From: Octopus vulgaris
Taxonomy: Eukaryota
Assembly (NCBI GenBank): GCA_951406725.2
Contig: OX597815.1
Coordinates: 175,522,001 to 175,586,000 of the forward strand
Direction of reading: 5' to 3'
Length of the DNA stretch: 64,000 nucleotides
Shown piece after piece: positions 38,710-50,700 of this stretch. Position 1 is the first letter of the stretch. Every line of letters begins with the position of its first letter. The notes under the pieces were generated by a model. It was not told the origin of the DNA. It saw nothing but the letters and a program-made list of their open reading frames with translations, and did not search any database. The translations under genes were made by a program, and so were the position numbers.

Positions 38710-41700
38710 TCACTGCTTGGAATCGAACTTGGAATTTTGGGATTAGTAGCCCACGCTCTTAACCACTAAGCCATATGCCCGTAAGAGCACAGGCTACTAA
38801 CCCCAAGATTCCAAGTTTGATTCCAAGTAGTGACCTGAATAATAATAATAATAATAGTAACATTGAAAAATACCTTAGGAATGAGAACCCAGGATCGAAA
38901 TTTCCCCAAAGACACCTGATGAAGGCTGGAGGGTAGATCAGCCGAAATGTTGTGTTAACAACAAACAAGATGAGGACAAATATCTGTCAAACGTAAATGA
39001 TGTACATAATGTATCACCCACATCCCCAGTAGCTTCCCCAAAATGTCTGCAAGACACTCCCTGCCCCTGAGGCATGATATAGTTGCAAAGACTATTTACA
39101 ATGCTCTCTGAAGTACATCAATAATATTGATTTAAAAATGGAAGAAGTAGAATCCACAGAAGCAAAAATATGCCAACCAGTTCCAATGTTGCATTAATCT
39201 TACAATGGTTTTGGTCAGTTATTTATTTCCTTGTAGGCATTTGAATTTCATCTTGAAATTACATAAAGTTGGGATGGGAAAATTGGTGGGCTGCATAATT
39301 CATACCATTATATGTTACACCGTCTTAATCAGTAGAATTGTTATGTGTGCCAGTCATTCCATTGACACTTACATTACCAAAATTCGTGTTGGAGTTCTAA
39401 ATATCTATTTCTTTACTGCCCACAAGGGGCTAAACACAGAGAGGACCAACAAAGACAAACAAACGGATTAAGTCGATTACATCGACCCCAGTGCGTAACT
39501 GGTACTTATTTAATCGACCCCGAAAGGATGAAAGGCAAAGTCGACCTCGGCGGAATTTGAACTCAGAACGTAACGGCAGACGAAATACCGCTAAGTATTT
39601 CGCCCGGCGTGCTAACATTTCTGCCAGCTCGCCACCTGGAGTTCTAAATATCATTTCGTCCTCCAAGTGTTTCAAAAGGATTATAGCCATAATCCTTGTT
39701 GATATTGTTCTTACAATTGTTGTTATTTTAGCCTAATTGTTAGCACAAATGTAGAGTTTGCTGCTGCATTGAGACTGTTCATGTGGTGAAGAACAGACTT
39801 GGGGCTGCAATGAGTTGCTTAGTGCTGCCATTAGATTTTCAAGCGTACAGTTTATTTGAACAACAGCTGGAACAACAGCAGAGAGAACAGCTAAGAGGAG
39901 GCAGATTTCCCAATTATTGATTAAGCAGGTGTTATTCTTTAAACTATATCTAAAAAGGCAACAAAAATTACTTATTATTACAAGTCATAGCTGGGGAAAT
40001 TTCTACCAGACGAGTATTAATGAAAAGCTGTTTCCAAAATACAGTCACCATCTCTTCCTTCCTTCCTTCCTTTCTATATACATGCACATACACATGTAAT
40101 ATGTGTGTGTGTGTATTTGTGTGTATTTGTGTGTAACATATTAATGCTTATGGTACATGCAGAATGCAGATTTGTAAAGACGTCTGTCATAGATACACAC
40201 ATATACCCATGTGCATTTAAATACCTATGTGTACATAATCTCACACACATGAATGTAAGCATGCACACGCGCCTCTTTAAAGCCATATCAAAACATATGT
40301 AAAGGGATAAATGATATCACCATTGGATCATACATACGCATGCATATATCCATACCAAACACAAAGATTTGCATGCTCCCACACACACACACACATAATA
40401 TTACGCATCGTATCCACAAAATAAATTAGAATTTGATAATAAGCAGCAATAGAAGCCGTATTAATACCAAAAGATGGTGTTTATCTCCCATTTAAAAGTG
40501 GATGTTGTTTTAGAACACAAAATACTGTGTTATTTACCATGAGAGAACCTCTCAAATGTTTCATGGTGCATATAAGCACTCTTGTTTTATATCACTAGCA
40601 GGAGATAATTCTCTGCTATCACCGCCGTATTTGATATTTTAGATATGTTGTTGGTTATTTGAAAGAAACAAAATTAATTCTATTTACGCTAAAGAGGAAT
40701 TGATTTCATCATCATCATTGTTTAACGTCCGTTTTCCATGCTAGCATGGGTTGGACGGTTCGACCGGGGTCTGGGAAGCCATGGGACTGCACCAGGCTCC
40801 AGTTTGATCTGGCAGTGTTTCTACAGCTGGATGCCCTTCCTAACGCCAACCACCCCGTGAGTGTAGCAGGTGCTTTTTACGTGCCAGGCAAGGCTGGCAA
40901 CGGTCGCGATCGGTTGGTGCTTTTTACGTGCCACCAGCACAGAAGCCAGTCAAGGCGGTGCTGGCATCGGCCAAGTTCGGATGGTGCTTTTTACGTGCCA
41001 CCAGCACAGGGATCACAACTACTATTTCCATTGATTTTCGATGTTGATGTACTTGACTCAATAGGTGATTCATAAAATCTCAAAATCGACAAAATACATT
41101 ACAATGACTAGGAATATTGACACATTATCAGAGAGTCATTGGAAACAACCGCAGTATTCATGTAGGATCATGAAGCTTGCATGTATAAACAGTAAACAAT
41201 ACATTACAACTAAGTGTGACATAGATCTTATGTAGATTTATTATGAATCCAGACCTCGTTGCACTGATGATAGGTTTGAAGTGAAATTTCTTTCACTGGA
41301 AGATGATGATTTAATTTCATTCACAATCAAATTAATTATTTATTTAATTTAAAAGAAAGGAGACTAACTAAATATCTAATGGATCTAGCAATATAGGTTG
41401 TCTAAAAACGAACCTGTTTGGTAGGAAAATTCCCATCATGGAATGCTCATATCTCTTGTAGAATCGAAATGCTATTTTCGTTGGAAAGTTATATACGTTA
41501 TAAAAACCACTTTCCAGAATAAAGTTATTAACACTTAAAAATAGTAACTTTATTTTGCTAGTTGATTATATCGACCCCAGTGCTTGACCACTGGGACATA
41601 TTGTTATTGACTCGGAAAGATGAAAGGCAAAGTTGACCACGGCAGAATTTGAATTCAGAGCCTGTAAAAACTGATGAAATGCTACTGTGCACTTTGTCCA

Positions 41701-41720
41701 ACATGCCACAGCTCACAGTC

Positions 41721-41755
<35 letters not shown>

Positions 41756-44700
41756 GAGAGTCAAAACTATTGAAAAGGTTGCAAGACACAACGAAAATTT
41801 TAGGAAAATAAAAATAAGTAAAAAGTGGAAATTTTACCGGTGAGTGCGTTACATTATAAGGCACAAAAAGACAATGACTCTCCCCAGACACAACAGAATA
41901 TGCTTCAACACACGAACTCATATAAAGAATCTTGCAAACCAAATCCAAAAATGAAATATAATAATAAAGAGTTAATAAAGAACAGTTGATAAAGTGTGGA
42001 ATAGGAGAAAAGGGACAAGAATGAAATTTAAAGAGAGCATGTTAAACAGACTGAAGAGAAACATTTGTGTGGTCAGTTTTGGAAAGACAATGAGGATGTA
42101 TGTGGAAGAAAATCCTGAGCTTGGTTCAAAAAAGAAAAGGCAGTTAAAAAAGAAACAGAGAGCCCTTATTATAGCAGCTCAAGATCAAACAATAAAAACA
42201 AACAAGTTGAGAAAATAGGTGTCTGGGGAGAAAGAGTCATAAAAATGTAGAGCCTGTGAAATTTGGGAAGAGACAGTGGCAGACATTGTTGCAGAATGAT
42301 ATGAAGAATATAAGAAATGGTGAGATGATCGAGTTGTGAACATTTTACACTGATAGCTTTGTGAGAAATGGGGATTTGAGTCTGGAGGTACCTGGTGTGA
42401 TCACGAGGTCGAAAGAATGATGGAGTGGGAGAAATGCAAAATTTTATGGGAATTTCCCATTCAAATTGATAAAAAGCTAAAAAATAATAGACCAGACATA
42501 ACAATAATGGACAAGGAAAAGCAAAGTTGCTTGCTTGTTGATCCATCATGTCCATTTGATTCCAGGATTCTAAAGAAAGAGGATGAAAAATTAGTAAAAA
42601 ACAAAAAAAAGCCCTTAAAAATTTGAAATTGCAAGGATTTGGAGTATGAAAACTGTAAAGGTTTATAATTGGTGCATTGGGAACTGTAATTAAAAATATA
42701 GACGAATGGTTGAAGGAGATTGGAACCGAATGTCTTGTGGAGCTTCTACAGAAAGTTTGCCTCTTAGGGACAGGAAAGATTATCTGGGTGGTTTTGAGCA
42801 CTTGAAAGACTATTGAAAGCTTGTGGGTACCTAAGGTTTCAGGTATCAACCCACTCTCTACATGAATTCTACCTGGAATAAGAACACACCTGAGTCAAAT
42901 CACTATAATAGTAATAACAACACCTGAGCGTCACTTTGAGATGTGTGACACTCGGCAAGAAATGGGAAGAAGAAGAAGGAGAAATAATATTTTTATAGGG
43001 AAGATTATTATTATTGCTGTTGATAAGATGGCAAGCTGGAAGAATGGTCAGCCGTATGAGATGCTTAGCAGCATTTCGTCCGTCTTCACATTTTGAGTTC
43101 AAATTCCACCTTTCATTCTTTCAGGGGTCAATAAATTAAGTACCAGTGAAACACTGGGGTCAATGTAATTGATCATCCCCTCCCCACAAATTTGAGGCCT
43201 TGTGCCTTTAGTAGAAAAGATTATTATTACTGTTGTTGTTGCTATTTAGTAGACAAATATATAACTTATTCAATTTTGATTAACTTATTTGCATGAGTTT
43301 AGAATCTTATTTCTTAACTGCTTCACTATATTTTTATTCATGTATTTAATCATATGCGTTTTGTATTAGAAATACATTTTAATTTATATTATGTATCGTT
43401 TATTTTCATAAAAACCAAACATATGTTTAGCTGCTATAGAATTTCTGTTTTTATCACTTTCTTTATTTTTGTATTTAAATTACATTAAAATATATAAATA
43501 ACCCAATATGTTTTAGAAAAGTTTTGGAAATTTTCTTGAAAAGATCACCTGCTGAAAGAAATATCAGAAGCTAAAAAACCACAAACAACAACAAACATAC
43601 AAACAAAACAAACAGCAGCTCGCATCCACATATCTATAGTTACAAACATATACACTAGCATCCACATATACTATTTTCGCATCCACATCTACACTTACAA
43701 ACACAAGCTCTGAATCTATTTGAATTTATCAACTTAAAAAAGACCAGATGATTCTATTTTCGTTTTATATTTAGATATTCAGGAAAACATTCTCCTTGAA
43801 CATTGTCGCCTCAACCAAAAATTTCTTGCGTTTTCAGAAGAGTTGTTATCAACATCAATGCTAGTAACACCAACAACTAACAGCATTGTCGCTATTACAA
43901 CTGTTTGTAACTTAAACGACCCTATTCTTACGACTATCACCTCTCACACAAATTCAACAAATCCAACGTATTTGCTTCAACACCAGTGTTATCACCATTT
44001 CAATATATGCCCAGCACCAATAAGTTCTAGGTAACAATAAACAATATGGCACAACCAGTTTGAGGTGGCGAGCAGTCAGAATCGCTTGCCGGACAAAACA
44101 GTTTTTAGCCAATTTGCTTTTTTGCTAATTTTTCTCAATAATATTCAGCATTATCTTAACAACACTATTAACTTTTATGTTGCCTTCAAAATTCTCATCG
44201 TTTTCTGAAATAAATGTTCGGAGGCTTTAGATAAAATCTCCAGAACTGAAACCGGTCACAGAGGAGTCCATTCTGCAACGAGTCATCTCATAGTTTTAAT
44301 ATTCTTAATTGCTTGCAATTAAGAATATTAAAAATAGTTCTTCAATTGGCCGATGTTTATCATTAATCATTGCAATCAGCTGATTTCAAGTTCTTCTAAG
44401 AGAAGAAGCTTTAAAATGGAAATAAACGAGTTTGTTGGAATCTGTAGAGTGAATTGGGCTTTGAAAGATGCATCATCCGAAGGAAATTGTTGCATCAAGT
44501 CAAAAGTTTTGCAATATTTTGGTAACTCAGTTTCTTTACAACAAAAGCAGCCCAGAATTCAAAGTAGAGGCCATCATTTGTGGCACTGTCTGCAGCCACG
44601 TTTCTGCCAATTCTTTGATCCCACATTGATACCAGTTCTTGTCCTTTGAGGTGAAGAACTCCTTCACTGAAGCTTCTGCCTCCTCTTGGATGAGGAAGTG

Positions 44701-47700
44701 TTGCGAGTGCAGCAAGGAACCATGGATTGGATCAAGAAATAAAATGATGTGTACGAGGATCGGCTGGAAAGTTCATAGGCTGACCAAGACACTCTCATTG
44801 AATGTGATCATATGGGGTTAGCTGTCAGTTTACCTGGAAAGAAACAATGCAGTTATTAATAAGAAGAGTTGAAATTAATGCAGGCAAGATTTCACAGCTC
44901 TTGCATCACTTCTTCAGGCAGATAAGAGAATGAGAGTAACGAAAAAGACTTGTCAAAGTGTGGGTTTTTTGCTCTAGTAACCAAACCTTTTGAGATAGGG
45001 ATTTCTAACCTAGCCCACTCACATCCTCACCTCATTTTACATGTCCCTGTAAATTTTGGAGTCAATCCGATGGGATCTAGTGCCCTTTAACCCGTTCTCA
45101 ATGCCAAAACCAGACAAACAAACTTTTTGCATTTCAGAATTATAATATAGAGGCTAGCTTAAGGTGACCCGCGCGTAGAGTGGGTAAGAGTGTGGTTCTT
45201 ACTTTCTGTTTTTTATCACCACATTCTCTCTCTTTGTTTCTCTCACTTTCCCACTCTCTTACTCTTCCTTTCTCTCGGACTCTCCCTCGCTTTCTCTTAC
45301 TCTCTATCTTTCTCTATCTAACTCTCTCCCATTTATAAACAACAAAAGATCTTGAGTAAGTTGAGAAAGAAAATATTTTGAAAGATCAATCATAAATATC
45401 AGGCAGTGACAACGGAAAGGTCTGCTTCAAGGCAGACAGCAAAACACTAACATTTAAAAGGGACAGACGAACTTGTGAGCTGAATCAAAATAAAAAAAAT
45501 ATTGGAAACCAAGTTTGAAGGGATAGAATCTGAGGATAGTAGGCTCACCATGGCTGGCATTTCTTAACGACGGACAGCAACGTAGTGACAGTTTAATGGC
45601 TGGCGTAAAATTTTGAACTTGATGTAAAAGAAAATTCCTAAACACCAAGCTTTGAAGTGATTTTTTCTCACGACAGTAGACTCACCATGGCAAGCATTCA
45701 AAACTTCTTCATCATGGACGGCAACACATTGACGATTTAAAGGCTGGCGCAAATTTTTTAGCTTCATGTAACAGAGAATTCCTAAACACCTGCTCCTGTA
45801 AATTGCTAAACGATGATGATGATGTATATATATATATATATATACACATATATATATATATGTGTGTGTGTGTTTATGTATCAATTTTGATTCTCAGGAA
45901 TGTGCCATCCAACCATACACTCAGTCACTCACAGAATGCAGACAAAAACACAGACATACATATATACACAAATATATACATACATACATATATATGTATA
46001 CAGTTATAATTGAATACACACACATATATCTATATATCTGTATATGCACATGTGAAGGCACGTGGCTTAGTGGTTAGGGTATTTGGCTCACGATTATAAG
46101 GTCCCGAGTTCAATTCCTGACAGCACATTGTGTCCTTGAGCAAGACACTTTATTTCACATTGCTCCAGTCCACTCACCTTGGCAAAAATGAGTATTACCC
46201 TGTATTTTGAAAGGTTAGCTGAATCTCCCTGAGAACAACATTAGGGGTACACATGTCTGTGGAGCGCTCAACCACTTGCATGTTAATTTCAGCAGCAGGC
46301 TGTTTCGTTGATGGGGTCAGCTAGAGCCCTCATCATTGCAACTGACAGGTTGCCAATACGCACATTCTGGTAGTTGTTTAAATGTTGTTGAAATTAACTT
46401 GTTCATTATAGACCAATTTCTTTCTCTCTTTTACTTGTTTCAGTCATTTGACTGCGGCCATGCTGGAGCACCGCCTTTAATCGAGCAACTCGACCCCGGG
46501 ACTTATTCTTTTGTAAGCCCAGTACTTATTTTATCGGTCTCTTTTGCCGAACCACTAAGTAACGGGGACATAAACACACCTGCATCGGTTGTCAAGCAAT
46601 GCTAGGGGAACAAACACAGACACACAAACACACACACGCATATATATATATATATATATACATATATACAACGGACTTCTTTCAGTTTCCGTCTACCAAA
46701 TCCACTCACAAGGCTTTGGTCAGCCCGAGGCTATAGTAGAAGACACTTGCCCAAGGTGCCATGCAGTGGGACTGAACCCGGAACCATGTGGTTGGTTAGC
46801 AAGCTACTTACCACACAGCCACTCCTGTGCCTATGTAGTTGTTTAAATTTTGTTGAAATTAACTTGTTCGTTATAGACCAATTTCTTTATTTGAAAAATT
46901 TAAAGAAGATTGTTACAAAACTTGAAAACTAAAAGGACATGAGCAATTCAAATTAAGCTCGTACTGATAAGAAGAAACTGACTTTAATCAATTTTGATTA
47001 ATCATTCTTAAGTTTATTTCGTTAATTAACAACTATGATTATTAGTAAATGGAAAGTGTAAGAAGAAAAAACTGACCATTTTCATTGTTTTATTATTTAT
47101 TCCAGGAACCTCGGTGCTCTCTGTACAGGCAGTTGATAAAGACATTGGATCCAATGCACTAATTACTTACAGCATTAAAAGTGGCAGCTTCGATAATTTT
47201 AATATTGATTCACGTACTGGCAAGATTTATGTAGCATCTCAAGCAGTGCTGGATTTTGATGTCTATAGCAAATACAACATGCAGGTATGATGCTTGAAAA
47301 GCAGTAAAGTAGATACCATTTTCTTTTTTCTATTGTATTATCCACACAAAATCAAGCGAAATGATTCCAACGGGCTCATTAAATCGAGTTGTGAATTTGG
47401 CTTGGCAGATTATTTATTTTCCTCAGCAGTGCTCATCGACACAATCTGCCGATGGATTCACGTTTGACTCCTTTTTAAATGTGTATATATATTCAATGTA
47501 CAATATATTCTTTTATTCTTTTACTTGTTTCAGTCATTTTGACTCTGGCCATGCTGGAGTACCACCTTTAGTCAAGCAAATCGACCCTAGGACTTATTCT
47601 TTGTAAGCCTAGTACTTATATTATCGGTCTCTTTTGCTGAACTGCTAAGTTACGGGGATGTAAACACACCAGCTTCAGTTGTCAAGCGATGTTGTGGGGA

Positions 47701-50700
47701 AAAACACACACACACATATACACACAACGGACTTCTTTCAGTTTCCATTTACCAAATCTACTCACAAGGTTTTGGTCAGCCCGAGGCTATAGTAAAAGAC
47801 ACTTGCTCAAAGTGCTACGCAGTGGGACTGAACCCGGAACCATGTGGTTGGTTAGCAAGCTACATACCACACAGCCACTCCCGTGCCTATGTAAATGATA
47901 AACTGAATCTACAACCTTTTGTAGTAAGTCATTTTACGTGTGTCGCAAATACCTTTGGGAAATACATGCATGTTTACAGCCGCTCTTTTACTATCATCGT
48001 TAAGTTATAATCACCTAATTAAATACTTGATGCTCTAATGTGTGGAATGTATTTAGCCCTCTAATTTGTGGAAGGAGCCACCTTTCTCGCCCTGTCAGCT
48101 ATGAAACCCATATCTATGGGAATATTTCAAATAGAATGAACAATTGTTAACAATCATCTTCAAAACCTTCTGCAGGAACTGTAGATGCCATCCGTCTCTT
48201 AAATTTTGGGCCAGAGCATCAGATCGTATCTTTGCTGCATACAATCAAGTCTGCTGCAACCATCACTCTCCACCGAATTATTGTAACTCTTTGACAGTGA
48301 TCACAACCATCCTACACAACCATGCTACACTTCACTCCTTAACCAGTAGACTTTATTGTAGCAGCACAAAAAAGGAAGCCGGTGCATATGTGAAGGAAAC
48401 AATTTTGTATCTCTTTAACCAAGAACATCACACACTTCAAAGCATTCAAAATGGCTACTGATGCTTGATATTACAATATGATCTCATATACATTCCATAA
48501 GAAGCAATGGGTCCTGAAGATTATATCAAGAAAATACTTTGGCCTTGAACTGCTGCTAATTCACTACAAAACTCAAGTGAGAATCATAAACCTACATTCC
48601 AGCCAGTGCTACTGCTATGCATACAAACCTTCCCTTCTGTATCCAAAAGAAAAACCATCCAGTTGATTGGGAAAAATTATCTTACTAATCACCTGTTCAC
48701 CTCTAACACACAACTGCTAAGCTGTATGGCATCTCCCATCTGAAACATTAATCTTGCTTCGTTTTATTATTCATATTGTATCTTTCCCCAATAGATTTTG
48801 CACAAAACCACAATTCCAAAAGTGCAGAACATTTTCTCCCAATGAGTCAGTTTACAGATGTTGAAGCTGAATAGCGACCTCATCAGCTTCACCAGATTCA
48901 CAAGTGTCTTCAGCATAGTGTCTTTCTCATGACTAAACCATTAAAATGCTGGAAACATATTTAGAAGCTTAACCCTTTTGTTACCAACCCGGCTGAAACC
49001 GTCTCTGGCCCTGTAGTACAAATGTCTTGTTTTCATAAGTTTTGAATTAAAATCTTCCACCAAACCTTAGTCACAATTTATGTTCCTAACACTAGCTAAA
49101 TGATAACTAAGTTATTTTACTAAATTCTTTGTTATATTTAAAATTAGTTGAAAAAAACACAGAGCATCCCAAAATAAATACGATAACGAAAGGTTTAAAA
49201 GATAGGATCAAATAATCAACCTCAATAAATACAATGTGCATGTGTTTTATCAACTTGTCATATCAATGATGAAACCTGTTGAGTTCACTTCTTTATTTTT
49301 CTGTGAGCGATGAGACTAACAAGATATATTCATATTTGTTTACTTTCTACAGCGTAGATATGAACTGCAGACTACATGAAATTTATCTGAGATTTTTTAA
49401 TATCAACTTTTTGTGCATAAAATATTAATTATTTATTTATGCCTCCGACTAATGTATGATATGGAAATTTAGTCAAGTCCTTTCAGCTATTTCCTAAATT
49501 GTGCTTGATTTGAAAACCCTTTGCTGTTCAGTTCCCTTTGTAAGTAATAATCACTTGAAGGGTGGTCAGTGTTATCTCCTTTCTTTCACGGTGAATCAGA
49601 ATAACAATGCATTCATATTTGTTTACTTTCTACGGGATAAATATTATAAATTGTAGCTTAACTGCATCCATTGGCCAAAATAAGTTTAAGACCAGTGATG
49701 ACAGTTCTATTCCTTCATGTATATGTTTTTAACAAAACCATATAAAATGATTTTACGTTTCACAGTTTATGTAGAATTTTTTTCTCTTTCAAGTGATATA
49801 GACATTATATGTCTTTCTACAATTTGAATAATTTTAATGCACAATTAATTGAAATGATTAAAAATTGTCAGCAAAACAAGTTTGAGACTGTACCAACATT
49901 ATTTTGTTTAAATTGAAAATTTACAGCACAAATGATCAACGAACGAAAATATATTATTAGCCTCTAGTACGACGGCCGGTTGTACTGCATCACTTTGTTT
50001 AATAATCAAGCATTGTTACACATTAATTCATTATGGGAAAGCGTTGAAGTATCAGCCCAGTTACTGGTTCACCTGAAGATTGCTGCACCAGTATCACTTT
50101 TATTGTTGCCACTGCCCATGACCACCGTTGTCACTTGCTGGCACCGTCACTCATTGACACCGCTATCATCACTACCGCTGTCACATCCGCTATTTCTACT
50201 ACTACTACTACTTCTAGACATACTATGTCTGAAAAGCGTGGGATGGTCATGGCTGAAAAGTTTTTGATCATTTGTCATTTAAATCAAAACTGATTTGCGA
50301 CTGAAAATTCACCACGTATCATAGGTTCTTCCAACACCTAACGTCGAACACCACCCCTTGCATATCCTCCTCACCACCACCTTCACCTCCACATCACTAA
50401 TAACATCCTATTTAATTCCATTTGTACCAACACCAATAAAGACTACGTAGCTGACATGGTGTTCCATGGAAGTGTCCTTTGAGAGGAGTATACAGTTGCA
50501 TGAAAGTTTTCTTCCATGCAATATTTAGATGAAAGGATCGGAAAGGATATAAAAATAGTTTTAAACACTCAAGAGAAAAAAATATGTTTTAGTTTGCCTT
50601 CGTTATAATTCTTTGTTTTTATACTTCAGGTAATTGCTGAAGATCAAGGGACCCCAAGACTGACCGGCAACACGACTGTGATCATAAACCTCGAGGATAT

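Larger units (their letters stand above)
38502..39011. mobile_element. Palindromic non-autonomous element: tRNA-like head, (AAT)n and hammerhead, duplicated head-to-head, 14-bp TSD
   Basis: Arms 38526-38761 and 38782-39010 are reverse complements; direct repeat tatcacccacatcc at 38488-38501 and 39012-39025. Confidence 0.88.
36950..39110 (+). mobile_element. Decayed R4/Dong-like (RLE-type) LINE, interrupted by a SINE and by the palindromic element
   Basis: [12 protein letters not shown] (RT); zinc knuckle [14 protein letters not shown] / ...[23 protein letters not shown] split by the 38502-39011 insertion. Confidence 0.8.

Noticed and set aside
38712-38780. Functional tRNA gene
   Set aside because: Acceptor stem is not formed and the sequence continues into a repeat body; treated as a SINE-type head.
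44885-44920. Minus-strand CTGAAGA...GAAA hammerhead candidate
   Set aside because: No convincing stem II or stem III; the sequence is the truncated end of a mariner relic.
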